Source: a virus (Duplodnaviria > Caudoviricetes). From it: a DNA stretch of 64,000 bases. The translations under genes were made by a program, and so were the position numbers. The stretch is from IMG/VR virus record IMGVR_UViG_3300020577_012390, positions 21,396 to 85,395 of that record. One strand, 5' to 3'. Positions 29,305 to 39,505 of this stretch are shown here, piece after piece; within the stretch, counting starts at the first letter, position 1, and every line of letters begins with the position of its first letter. Below the pieces are notes generated by a model. That model was not told the origin of the DNA, did no database searches, and saw only the letters and a list, made by a program, of their open reading frames with translations.

Positions 29305-29532
29305 ATGGCAGCGGCAGCGGGGCGCGGTGCGCCCGATCTCGAAACCTCGAAGAACGTGATGGCCCGGATGCGCGAGATGGCCAACCGCGGCGAGTCCTTC
29401 GCCCGTGGTCAGCGCGGCTTCGCCCGTCAGATGGCTCGTGGCGCGGCCCGCGGTCTCCGCGGCGCGGGCGACAAGGCGAACGCCGCCCTCGTGCGCGACC
29501 TCGCCGCCGCGACCGGCGCGGGCGGCTCCTTA
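29305..29532 (+). CDS. small Arg/Ala/Gly-rich protein; ends at TTA
   Basis: AGGAG RBS; very GC3-rich. Confidence 0.55.
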
Positions 29533-29711
29533 CCCTTCGGGTAGGGCGTCGGCGTTCGGTTTTCCTCATCGGCACGTTCCTCTCCTGTAATTCAGTGGGC
29601 TAAAAGCGACACCCCACACGGCTACCGAAACCCACTTGACAACCAAGGGGCCGGGGTATCGCGATTCTCGCGGAGTCGATCTTACGCCGAAGACGGTGTA
29701 TCCTCCTGGGA

Positions 29712-30521
29712 ATGGCGACGGTCTTTTTCTCGGGCGGCATCGACTCCACCACGCTCGCTTTTGACGTGGCGAAAAACCCCTGGAGGTACGGCATCTCTCC
29801 GAAGACGGAGGATTTCCGCCTCCTGACCGCGTACATGGGGAAGGAGAAGCCGGCCCACCTCGGCAGGCTGGCGACGAAGATCCGCGAAGAGGCCGAGTGG
29901 ACGGAGTTCGCCGGGTTCTCCCACGAGTTCGTGGACGCCACGAGTCTATTCGATTTTCAAAAGTCGGATATCCCGCATGGGGGCGCGGGGACGATGACTC
30001 CCCTGTCGACGAAGTACCAGCCGGATCTCCAGTCGATCTCCTACGCGCCGGGCCTCCACACCCTGCTGGCCACCGTGGCGTACAACCGCGAATGGTTCGG
30101 TAGGAGTCTGTCCGCCTTCAGCGACCCCCAGGCGTTTTTCGGGTTCCAATACGACGGCCCGATCTGGAACGAGGTGGACAAGGGGACCGTGACGCCGAAC
30201 GACGTCTCCCCCGATTATATCGCGGCCCTGAATACCCTGGTGAGGGTGTCCGGACCCCGTCCGGGGGTGCGGTTCCGTGCGCCGTTCCTGGAGAACCGGA
30301 TGGATCGGGTTCATATCCTGGAATTGGCCATCACAATTGGCGTTCCGCTCACCTGGACGAGTTCCTGTGAGCAGGGGTGGATGGTGAACTGCGGGTACTG
30401 CGGACAGTGCCTCCGGAGGATGAAGGCGAGTTCGTACCTGGAAGACGCCATGAAGACGTTCTTGAAGAAGCTGGAAGACAAGAAAGCGGCGGAGAAAGCC
30501 GCGAAGAAGGGTAAGAAGTTA
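29712..30521 (+). CDS. divergent QueC-family PP-loop ATPase
   Basis: FFSGGIDSTT PP-loop; APFL; TSSC..CGYCGQC..R Zn site; lacks PxRN and YPDC. Confidence 0.75.
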
Positions 30522-31189
30522 TGAAGCCGAAATACACTGTGGTCCTCTCCGGGGGACAGGACTCGACCACCTGCCTGTATTGGGCGCTCGACAAGGGCGT
30601 CGATGTTCAGGCCGTGACTTTCCACTACGACCAGCGCCACGACACCGAGGTCGAGGCGGCGAAGCGGATCGCTGCTCACGCGGGGGTCCCCCACACCGTC
30701 CTGGAGGTCCCCGGCCTCGGGGTTGCGGGGAAGGGGTCGTCCCTCACGCGGGACTTGCCGCTGGACCTCGATGGGGGGTTCCAGGGGCTCCCGTCGTCCT
30801 TCCTCCCTGGCCGGAACCTGGTCTTCCTGTCCCTGGCGGCGGCGTTCGCCATCCCCCGGAACTCCTTCTACCTCGTCACCGGGGTCTGCCAGACGGACTA
30901 CTCGGGGTATCCGGACTGCCGGCGGTCGACCATCGACGCGATGGAGAAGGCCATCAACCTCGGTAACGATCTTCACGGCTTCAAAATCGATACCCCCTTG
31001 ATGCACCTGACGAAGGCGGAGACGGTCCGCCTCATGAGGGGGTTCGGGAACCAGGCGTGGGAGGCGCTAGGGATGTCGATCACCTGTTACGAGGGGAAGC
31101 ACCCGGGGTGCGGCGCGTGCGCGGCGTGCGTGCTGCGAAAAAAAGGTTTTTCGGAAGCTGGACTTGGTGACCCTGCGGAGGACAACTGA
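30521..31189 (+). CDS. queC: 7-cyano-7-deazaguanine synthase
   Basis: SGGQDSTT, PGRNLVF, DYSGYPDCR, TPLM, TCY..CGACAAC..R. Confidence 0.95.
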   Translation: MKPKYTVVLSGGQDSTTCLYWALDKGVDVQAVTFHYDQRHDTEVEAAKRIAAHAGVPHTVLEVPGLGVAGKGSSLTRDLPLDLDGGFQGLPSSFLPGRNLVFLSLAAAFAIPRNSFYLVTGVCQTDYSGYPDCRRSTIDAMEKAINLGNDLHGFKIDTPLMHLTKAETVRLMRGFGNQAWEALGMSITCYEGKHPGCGACAACVLRKKGFSEAGLGDPAEDN

Positions 31190-31191
31190 TT

Positions 31192-31773
31192 ATGAAAAGC
31201 TACGAATCTCTTACGTTCAAGGGTGAGAAGGAAGTCAACGGCCCGGAGGGGTCTTTCGTCATCGTCGAGGGCGAGGACGGCAAGAAGTACAAGATGGTGA
31301 GGGAGGCGCTTCAGTCTCTCGTCGAGGAGACTCAGCCCACGAAACCCCACGGGGCGCGCGGGCTCGACACCTTTCCGGCTCCCTCGAACATGCAGGTGAT
31401 CGATTTTCACCTCCCCGAATTCACCTGTCTCTGCCCCAAGACCGGGCAGCCTGACTTCGCGAGTTTCAAGCTCCGCTACATCCCCGACGAGAAGGCGGTC
31501 GAGTCGAAGTCGCTGAAGCTGTACCTCTGGTCGTTCCGCGACAAGGGCTGCTTCCACGAGAAGGTGACGGAGACGATCTACCAGGACCTCCTGACCGCGC
31601 TCGCCCCTCGATGGTTGCAGCTCATCGGGGAGTTCAACGTCCGGGGCGGCATCTACGAGAAGGTGGCGCGGGAGTGGCTGTCCACCGAGCTTCTTTTCGC
31701 GGGGTCGAATGGGCACTCGACCAATTCGCGGACACTCGAACGCCTCGTCGCGAGCTACCGTATCCAGTTTTTA
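31192..31773 (+). CDS. queF: preQ0 reductase with N-terminal extension; ends at TTA, otherwise reads into TerL
   Basis: EFTCLCPKTGQPDFA, VESKSLKLY (QueF motif), FHE, FNVRGGI. Confidence 0.92.
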
Positions 31774-31788
31774 GGGGAGCGAAAAACA

Positions 31789-33621
31789 ATGACGATGCCA
31801 GCACTGAGTCCGGCGCCTGAAGAGGTCTTGGAAGGGGAAGGCGCCTGCGATCTGACGAACGAAGAGGTCGCGGACAAGGTGCTGGCCTTCGCGGAAATCT
31901 TCTCCGCGATCAAGCTCTATACCTATCAAAGGCTTTTCGCGTTCCGAATTGTGATGTCTGTGCTCGACAACGACGGCGCCATCATCACCGGACTCTGGGC
32001 GCGTCAGTGCGGGAAGACGGAGACGGTCGCCGCCCTTGCGTTGGCGATGGCTGTCCTCCTCCCCTCCCTGGCGAAGGCGTTTCCGGGGGATTCGAGGTTC
32101 CGCCGCTTCTATAAGGGATTTCTGATCGGGATTTACGCTCCGATTGAGAAGCAGTCCCTCCTCTCGTTCGACCGTATGCGGAAGACCGTCAACCGGCCCA
32201 CTTCGGACGATGGGATGGTCCCTGGGGCCAAGGAGATCATGGAAGATCCGGAGCTTGATATCCGGGTTATCTCCTCTCGCGGCGACACGCTCTCGTTCTC
32301 GAACGGGTCGGTCATCATCGCCCGAACGGCGTCCCCCCAGAGCCAGATCGAGGGCGAAACCCACCACATTGTCATTTGTGAAGAGGCTCAAAAACTCTTG
32401 CGCTCGAAGGTCGAAAAGGAAATTCGACCGATGTTGGCCTCGACGAACGGGACGATGGTGAAGATCGGGACCGCCTGGGAATCCCGCGGAGGGTTCCACC
32501 AGTCGATCCAGCAGAACGTGGATATCCAGAAGACCCTGGGAATCCGCAACCACTTCGAGTTCCCGTACGATATTGTATGCGCTGAAAAACAGCGTTGTTA
32601 CAACGAAGAGGCGAAAGCCTACAAGGCGAACCCGGCGGAGAACCCGGCGCCCAACCCGTTCCACCTGAACTACCGCAAGTTCGTGGACAGCGAGATCACC
32701 CGCCTGGGCGGACCCGGGATCGGGACCGAGACGCTGGAGTTCAAGATGAACTTCCGGTGCCTCTGGAACGAGTCCCGGGTCATCGCCATCACCCCCGACG
32801 TTCTGCGGTCGATGGAGGCGAACGACGTCGAGGCTGGGCCGAGGATCGGCGGGTTCATGGTGGCGGGCCTGGATATCGCGAAGACCAGCGACCGGACGGT
32901 TCTAACGCTTATGGAGGTGGATAAATCCACTCCGCACTTGAACCGGAACTATCTCCCTGGAGCTGACGAAGATAAACAGCTCTATTACTCTAAGACCATC
33001 ACCGATTGGGTGGAGCTGCAAGGGACGTTCGAGGGGAACTCTGGGCAGTATGCGACCCTCTTGAATTACCTTCGCCAGGTGACGATCCAGGTCCTCGTGG
33101 TGGACATCACCGGCATGGGCGATCCTGTGTTCGAGCGCATACAGGAGATGGTCGGGGGTGATATCACCTGCGTCCCCTTCCGCTTCTCGAACGCGGCGGT
33201 GAAAAGTCAGCTCTACAAATACTATATGCAGGAGATCCACGCGGGTCGTCTGCGGTTCGCGAATGGGCCGAACACCCGTGCGACCAGGTACGAGCACGCC
33301 CGATTCGTGAAGGAACACCTCGACCTGGACCGGCAGCTCCACGCGGGTTCCGTCGTGTATTTGGCTCCGGAGGGGGAACACGACGATTACCCAGACAGCG
33401 CGGCCCTTGCCTGCTGGGGAGAGAAGGTGTCAGAATCCTCCTCGATGCCTGTTATCCAGAGTTCGTCGGCGCCCCAGGGATGGGGCGGCGCTTCCCGCCG
33501 CACGGCGAGGAGCGGCGACGTATTCTCGTCCTCGTCTTCGATGCCCACCGTCGAGGTCTCAGGGGGCGCGGGTCCGTTGCCGTCTTCTTCGCGTGCCGCT
33601 CGGTACGCGAGGCGATGGTAA
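31789..33621 (+). CDS. terL: terminase large subunit
   Basis: ARQCGKT Walker A, IVICEEAQ Walker B, GLDIAK..D, VDITGMG, HDDYPDS nuclease motifs; own GGGGAG RBS. Confidence 0.92.
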   Translation: MTMPALSPAPEEVLEGEGACDLTNEEVADKVLAFAEIFSAIKLYTYQRLFAFRIVMSVLDNDGAIITGLWARQCGKTETVAALALAMAVLLPSLAKAFPGDSRFRRFYKGFLIGIYAPIEKQSLLSFDRMRKTVNRPTSDDGMVPGAKEIMEDPELDIRVISSRGDTLSFSNGSVIIARTASPQSQIEGETHHIVICEEAQKLLRSKVEKEIRPMLASTNGTMVKIGTAWESRGGFHQSIQQNVDIQKTLGIRNHFEFPYDIVCAEKQRCYNEEAKAYKANPAENPAPNPFHLNYRKFVDSEITRLGGPGIGTETLEFKMNFRCLWNESRVIAITPDVLRSMEANDVEAGPRIGGFMVAGLDIAKTSDRTVLTLMEVDKSTPHLNRNYLPGADEDKQLYYSKTITDWVELQGTFEGNSGQYATLLNYLRQVTIQVLVVDITGMGDPVFERIQEMVGGDITCVPFRFSNAAVKSQLYKYYMQEIHAGRLRFANGPNTRATRYEHARFVKEHLDLDRQLHAGSVVYLAPEGEHDDYPDSAALACWGEKVSESSSMPVIQSSSAPQGWGGASRRTARSGDVFSSSSSMPTVEVSGGAGPLPSSSRAARYARRW

Positions 33622-33687
33622 ACAGCTTTTCAACGGACCAAAAACGTTTCTGATTAGCTCCCCAGAAAGGAGCTACTGGAGAACTCC

Positions 33688-34137
33688 ATGCGCGACACCG
33701 TGACCCTGAAGCAGTTCCACACCCCCTTCAACAGCGCGTCGATCCGGAAGCTGCTTGGTCAGCTCTTCCGCGCGTCGTCCGAGCAGGAGACGGCCGCCTC
33801 CGGTTCCCTGGCGATCATGGCGGGTGGCATCGCGCGTCACAAGGGGACGGTCCAGGACATCTGGCTCGTTTCCGGCGCGGCGTGCGCGGCCGGCGAGTCG
33901 ATGACTTTTGACGTCCTGAAAAACGGCACGTCGATCCTCATCGGGGTCTACACCCTGGACTCGACGAAGCCCAACAAGGAGCCGATCTCCCTTCTGTCCC
34001 TCCTCGACCCGACGAAGGCCGACATCACCTGGGGCGACAAGCTGGAGGTCACCCGCGTCTATACCGCGGGCGGCGGCCCCACCCCCCTGGTGAACACCCG
34101 TCTCGACGTCGAGTGGGCGCCGAACCAGGACAGTTTA
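33688..34137 (+). CDS. putative virion protein; ends at TTA
   Basis: Beta-rich; late-region position. Confidence 0.45.
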
Positions 34138-34172
34138 TCGGAGCCTGATAATCGGTAAAGAAGGAGTCCAAG

Positions 34173-34397
34173 ATGGCAGATCCAGCGAACCCCGGAACCC
34201 AGCCCCAAGGGAACACCCTCTGGGGTCTGATCCGGGTTGGCGGTAACAGCAGCCAATTCTCGTTCCCCCGGGAGCAGATGTCCCTCGCGGACTCCTTCGC
34301 CCAGGGTGTCGGGAAGGCCCACAACGGGGTCCAGTACGCGCATTTCGACATGCGAAATTACGCGCGGACCGCCGGAACCCCCAGCGGGAGGAAGTTA
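34173..34397 (+). CDS. hypothetical protein; ends at TTA
   Basis: AAGGAG RBS. Confidence 0.45.
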
Positions 34398-34399
34398 CC

Positions 34400-34858
34400 G
34401 TGTTTCGGGTACGCTATTACGATAAGGTATTTCACCCTGACGAGTTCAAGGGTGGCCTCGGATGGTGTATCCGCGCGGTGAATTGGGTCCGCTGGAGAGT
34501 CGAAGTGGTCGTCCAGTACCTCGTGCTCCGGTACCTGGCGGGTCAGGACAAGACCTTGCCGAAGACCGAAGTGAGCAAGCTCCTCCAGTCGTTCAGGCGC
34601 GACGTTCGGATCGAGACGCTCCAAAGGGAGACCACCTCACCCCTCCTGGCGCCCCCAAACGAACCTGTTTTTCAGGGCGGTAAAATCGCTCCGTCGGTCA
34701 TCGCGGAGCCTCTTCCCGTGGACAGCGGAAGGCCGTCACCCATCCTCGGTCTCGTCGAGAGGTACGGCCATGGGTCCAGGTCGAAGCGATACTCCCGAGG
34801 CCGCAACTTCTCAGTCGGTAACCCGGATGGGGATTTTGAGCCGGTCGATAAACAATGA
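34400..34858 (+). CDS. hypothetical protein
   Basis: GTG start 3 nt after TTA. Confidence 0.45.
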   Translation: MFRVRYYDKVFHPDEFKGGLGWCIRAVNWVRWRVEVVVQYLVLRYLAGQDKTLPKTEVSKLLQSFRRDVRIETLQRETTSPLLAPPNEPVFQGGKIAPSVIAEPLPVDSGRPSPILGLVERYGHGSRSKRYSRGRNFSVGNPDGDFEPVDKQ

Positions 34859-35139
34859 ACTCGAACGACGTCACAGGTATCGGCACATGGGCCCTCGAAC
34901 ACGGTGTTTCGGGAGTTCTATTTGTCTCTAACGCGCTCTGGGTCTACCTCTATCTGCGCGAGCGCGGCATCACGAATAAGACATTTCAAGAGCTTCAAAA
35001 GAGCCAGAAAGAGCGTCTCTCCGCTGAGCAGGCGAACTCCGCCGCTCTTCTTCGCGTCCACGGGGAGGTCGGGAAGACGGTCGCTACGCTGGGGAAGATG
35101 GTCGATTTTCTCGACAAGAACGTTGAGAGGTTCACATGA
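34855..35139 (+). CDS. single-TM coiled-coil membrane protein (holin-like)
   Basis: GVSGVLFVSNALWVYLYL TM segment then coiled coil. Confidence 0.45.
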   Translation: MNSNDVTGIGTWALEHGVSGVLFVSNALWVYLYLRERGITNKTFQELQKSQKERLSAEQANSAALLRVHGEVGKTVATLGKMVDFLDKNVERFT

Positions 35140-35408
35140 GCTTGACCATGACCAGGCCGGCTCTCCTATCGCGGGAGGAAGTCAAGGGCACAAAAACTCT
35201 CCGCGAAGCAGACCAGGAGGCGGTAGCCATGGAACGGAGCGCGCGACAGCGCCTCGAAGAGGTCTCGGGTAAGGCGATCCGAGACAAGGCCCGGGGGATC
35301 ATCAAGAAGATCGACCCGGAGTTCGAGGACGAACACGCTACCTCCCCGGATATGCAAATCTCCGAGGTGGTGGTCCGGAAGGATGAGAGGAAGAATGGCC
35401 CTCCTTGA
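35136..35408 (+). CDS. hypothetical protein
   Basis: ATGA overlap. Confidence 0.5.
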   Translation: MSLTMTRPALLSREEVKGTKTLREADQEAVAMERSARQRLEEVSGKAIRDKARGIIKKIDPEFEDEHATSPDMQISEVVVRKDERKNGPP

Positions 35409-35673
35409 AGGAATTCAAGACCCGACTCTCCGTAAGCTCGTCGATGCCCTGAAGGACTCGACGCTTCTACCGGATGATTCCGTCCCGGCCGGGTTCCTCG
35501 ATGGGGGTTCCCGGCTGACGACCATTTCGGCGGACGAGGTCGAGATCCGCATCCACGTCCTCCCCGGCGGGGTAGCGGCTAGGATCTCTATCGAGCCCAG
35601 GGGTTCCACCAAGGGTGTGAAGGGTATTCAAGGCTTGATAAACCTCTCTGTTCTCTCAACGAAACTGGTGTGA
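35395..35673 (+). CDS. hypothetical protein
   Basis: GAGG RBS. Confidence 0.5.
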   Translation: MALLEGIQDPTLRKLVDALKDSTLLPDDSVPAGFLDGGSRLTTISADEVEIRIHVLPGGVAARISIEPRGSTKGVKGIQGLINLSVLSTKLV

Positions 35674-35674
35674 C

Positions 35675-35962
35675 ATGCCCGCAGCGACCTTCGCAGGAAC
35701 CATCGACGAGAAAACGGTACCCACCTCGACCGCTGAGGCGATCTACACCGGAGGCGGAGGGATCACCGCGACCGATGGCGTTCTCGTGCAAGCCCCTTCG
35801 GGGAACACGGCCTCGATCTACGTTGGTCCCTCGGGGGTGACCATCCAGAACGGCATCGAGATCACCCCCGGAGCGGCGATCTTCTTGCCGATCACAAATC
35901 CAGCCGCGATTTACGTCATATCGGTGTCCGGAAGCCAGAAGGCGAGGGCGGTGGCCATATGA
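35675..35962 (+). CDS. small beta-rich virion protein, paralog of 39220-39498
   Basis: VLVQAPSGNTASIYVG vs VVVQANPSNTAVIYIV. Confidence 0.55.
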   Translation: MPAATFAGTIDEKTVPTSTAEAIYTGGGGITATDGVLVQAPSGNTASIYVGPSGVTIQNGIEITPGAAIFLPITNPAAIYVISVSGSQKARAVAI

Positions 35963-36480
35963 TCGTCTTCTATCCGAAACCGATCCCCGGCCGCCCTGGA
36001 CCTCGGGGAGATTCGGTGGTGGTCCCTGGAGGCCCGCCCGGTACCCCCGGAACCAACCTGGTCCCCTTCCGCCTGGTCTACCCGGCGAGCGCCATCGTCG
36101 TCGTGGACGGGCTCTCGGGGTTCACCCGGGTCGGGGCGATCCCCTTCGACCCTTCGGTGCTCTATCAAGGAGCAACCGTTGTTCGGCGTCTGAAATTCCA
36201 AACGGCAGCCGAGGTGACGTTTGGGGTGACGGCGGAGATCACGCTCTACGATCCTGCGGCGGGGGCATACATCGCGGGAAGCACCGTCACGGTGACCTCG
36301 ACTACCCCGGTCGTGCAAGAGACGTCGGAACTTGTCCCTGGCGGAGCCTCTACGTCGGTCAAACTCTCCGCAAAAATCTACGAAGTCCACGCGCGAATTA
36401 CGGTTCCGGGGAGCCCTGTCCCTGGGGATCTCGTGCGGGTCTTTAGCCACAACATCATCGCGGATTTCACCGCTTCATTA
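35959..36480 (+). CDS. putative virion protein; ends at TTA
   Basis: Short GPPG collagen-like stretch, beta-rich. Confidence 0.5.
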
Positions 36481-36493
36481 GAAGGATAAAGAG

Positions 36494-37678
36494 ATGGCCG
36501 GGACTCCTCATGGTTACGTGGATGGCGGTGGTACGAGCCAGGAGAACTGGAAGCACGACCACGACTTGTTCACCAGGCTCTACAAGTTCTTCTCCACCTC
36601 CTCACGCCACGCGGTCATCGCCTACAACAAGGGTCTGACCGGCGGTAACGTCGCGGCGGCGACGCCGGGGACCGACTTCTGGGATGGAGCGAACCCCTTC
36701 GGGAGGCAAGCATGGTTTTTGGTGCGTTTCACAAACGCTGCCAAGGTGTTTTACATCCTCTTCGAGTATTACGACGGCTCCTTGGTGACCGCGCAGTACG
36801 GAGGGGTTATCAGGGGCTCGACCTTTGTAACCTCCTCCGGTGTCGCGTTCCAGTGCGTTGCGGCTCTCGATTCCGGGGGCGTGGCGGCGAACCCTTTCCA
36901 GGGCACCATGGTCAACACCGGGTCGGACACCCGGCCGACTGGTGTGTGGTGGGCTCCCCCTGGTGGCGGGAAGCTGTTCATGACCCCGAGGTCGAACGCC
37001 CTTGGCGGGACCTGGGCGACGAACAAGAACAACATGCGGTTCCTGCCGCAGAACTCTTCTCCGACCTCCGTGGCGGTGAACCGCTGGTCCTTCGGGGCGA
37101 CCGACGACGCCTTCTGGATGACTTACGACGCGGGCGACAACGGCCTCGACCACTTCACCTACATGGGCCTGTACGCCCCGAGGTCCGACGTCACGAGCGA
37201 CATGCCACTCTGTATGGTGTCGGAGTATAACGCGAGTGACGCCTTCAATTTCAACGGGATGTCCAACGCCAGTCCCACGATCTTCGGAGGCGCCACCACG
37301 GGGGACCCCTATGACGATGGCGGGGTTCACGGCTCGACACCGATGGTGGGCGCGTCTTCGAGCCTGGTCTACGACTGCGTCGTAGGCGGGAACCTCATGC
37401 CGTTTGTCACGAACGCGAATCTCCTCCAGAACAAGGCGCTAGCCGTCCCCTCGAACGAAGAATGGCCGATCTTCATCGGGGCGTACGAGTCTTCGGCGGC
37501 CTTCGGGATGTTGGGGTACCTCGAACAGGTCCGCATCGTGACCGGGGTGAACAACAAGGATACGAACCAGGGAAAAACGCGAGCCTACTTCATGGGGGCG
37601 GGTCCTCACGCGCACGCGATCCCCTGGGATGGGGTGACCACCCCCGGGACCTCGGTGGGCCGCGGCGTGGCGTTCTGA
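36494..37678 (+). CDS. putative fibre/receptor-binding or decoration protein
   Basis: 394 aa, G/A/T/N and aromatic-rich. Confidence 0.45.
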   Translation: MAGTPHGYVDGGGTSQENWKHDHDLFTRLYKFFSTSSRHAVIAYNKGLTGGNVAAATPGTDFWDGANPFGRQAWFLVRFTNAAKVFYILFEYYDGSLVTAQYGGVIRGSTFVTSSGVAFQCVAALDSGGVAANPFQGTMVNTGSDTRPTGVWWAPPGGGKLFMTPRSNALGGTWATNKNNMRFLPQNSSPTSVAVNRWSFGATDDAFWMTYDAGDNGLDHFTYMGLYAPRSDVTSDMPLCMVSEYNASDAFNFNGMSNASPTIFGGATTGDPYDDGGVHGSTPMVGASSSLVYDCVVGGNLMPFVTNANLLQNKALAVPSNEEWPIFIGAYESSAAFGMLGYLEQVRIVTGVNNKDTNQGKTRAYFMGAGPHAHAIPWDGVTTPGTSVGRGVAF

Positions 37679-37688
37679 GAGGTTTATC

Positions 37689-37964
37689 ATGGCCCTAAAA
37701 GACGTAAACCAGATCCCTATCGGGGCCTTCCCTCAACCGGCCCTTTCGGTCGTTCGTCTTCGGGCGGTCCCCGTGGCGACCTCTCCTGCGCAGCCCTCAA
37801 TCCCAACCCCGGCCACCTACAAGATGAGGGGTCGTGATGTTGATTGTGGAACGCTGACTTACCGTTACTGGACCGCTACCGGGTCCCCCGACTATACGGG
37901 CGCTCAGTACGCGGGCGCGAAGTGCGGCGCGAGCCCCCTCGCGGACATAATTCGGATCACTTTA
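37689..37964 (+). CDS. small virion-associated protein; ends at TTA
   Basis: GAGG RBS. Confidence 0.45.
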
Positions 37965-37993
37965 GAAACGCTCAAAAACGAAAGAGAACCACG

Positions 37994-38713
37994 ATGGCGA
38001 ACCTGTTCCACACCAGCATGAGCGCGAAGGCGGCGACCTTCTTCTCCACGCTCTTCCAGATGATCGGAGTTTCGACCGCCGATATGTCCAGGTCCAAGGG
38101 GGTGGGGGTCACCCTGAAGTGCCTGGACGGCGACGCGATCACCGCAGAGATTCAGCCCCTCGACCAGGGGAACATGATCCGCAAGCTCGTCGAGTCCGGG
38201 TCCCTGGTGGTCCCCTCGGGCGGGGCTGCCGATCTCGATGGCGACGTCGGGACCGCAACCCTGGTGGCCTCGACGGTGGACGTCACGGTCCCCGGGGGAG
38301 TCCCCGTGGGGTCGCTGGTCTACGCGATTGCGACCACCCCGGCGGGGGTCCAGAAGCCCCTCGCGGCGGTCCGTAAATCGGCCACCGAAATCACGATCTC
38401 CTCCGCGGGGTCCGGGTTCGGTGCCCTGCTGGACAGCGCGGGGGTGAGCGGGGCCCTGACGGCGGGGGTGAACGCGGCGATTGCCCTGGAGAACGTTGCT
38501 GGGGACCTCCTCGCGGTGAAGGAGACCGCGGCGGCGGGTTCGGCTGCCGACCACTTCTCGGTCGTCCGGGTCGACAACAGCAACGTGAAAGTTCAGGCGC
38601 ACAACTCCGCGGGCGCCCTCGTCGCGGGGAACACCTCGACGGTCAAGGTTTACAACCTCGGCCAGGCCGGTCACGATACCTCCCTGGTCCGTTGGGCGGT
38701 CGTCCGCCCCTTA
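37994..38713 (+). CDS. putative decoration/fibre protein; ends at TTA
   Basis: Paralogous to next gene (TAGV..GD.L..AD....RVDNSNV.V..G.TSTV.V.NL). Confidence 0.55.
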
Positions 38714-38739
38714 TTCGGTTTTTAGAAAGGCCAAAAACG

Positions 38740-39201
38740 ATGATCCACAAGTTCAACTCCTCCTTCTTCGCCACCCGCGTCCAGCGGACCCTCGCCCTCA
38801 TCGCGGGGCTCTTCAACCTCGACCTGAACCTGAAGAACGCCCGCAACGTCAAGATCACCATCGAGACGCGCGACGGCCAGGGGATGTACTGCCAGGTCGA
38901 CTCCGACGATGGGTGCGCGCGGTCCACCCCCGACTTCGCGCCGGCTGTCCCCGTCACCTGGACCCCGGGGGCGCTCACGGCGGGCGTGAAGAGCGACTTC
39001 TCCGTCAGCAACGCCGCGGGGGACCGTCTGGTGGCCCGCCTCGTCACCCCCGGAGGCAACCCGGCGGACTACTACGTGGCGACCCGCGTGGACAACAGCA
39101 ACGTGGCGGTGACCGCCTACAAGCGGACCTCCCCCGGCGCGGCTGCTGTCGTCGAGACCGGGGACACCTCGACGGTCGAGGTCGCGAACCTCAAGCAGTT
39201 A
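38740..39201 (+). CDS. paralog of preceding gene; ends at TTA, otherwise reads into 39220
   Basis: Shared RVDNSNV motif. Confidence 0.55.
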
Positions 39202-39219
39202 TTCAGAAGGCCAAAAACG

Positions 39220-39498
39220 ATGAAACTCCTCAAAAGCCAGGGCGTCTCGGTGACCACTTCCGCTGCGGCGGCGTGTGCAGCTTCGGACGTCCAGGCGGAC
39301 ACGAAGAGCGTGGTCGTGCAGGCCAACCCCTCGAACACCGCCGTCATCTACATCGTCAACGCCTCTTCGGTGGCGAAGACCGAGGGGATCATCGTCGCGG
39401 CCGGCGCGTCGGTCACCCTGGACGTCGCGGACCCCTCCGCGCTGTTCTTGATCTCGGACAGCGGAACCCAGAACGCGCGTATCGCCCAGCTCGGTTGA
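39220..39498 (+). CDS. small beta-rich virion protein, paralog of 35675-35962
   Basis: Own AGAAGG RBS with same leader as 38740. Confidence 0.55.
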   Translation: MKLLKSQGVSVTTSAAAACAASDVQADTKSVVVQANPSNTAVIYIVNASSVAKTEGIIVAAGASVTLDVADPSALFLISDSGTQNARIAQLG

Positions 39499-39505
39499 GG
39501 TTATT

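Noticed and set aside
15925-29660. Additional sigma70 promoters at about 15925, 20007, 29225 and 29636
   Set aside because: TTGAC is present but -10 spacing is off (14-16 nt) or the -10 is poor; not listed as features
31192-31773. QueF-L amidinotransferase (archaeosine, dG+)
   Set aside because: Intact QueF NADPH motif ESKSLKLY favours a true reductase; no ArcS or GAT-QueC domain seen
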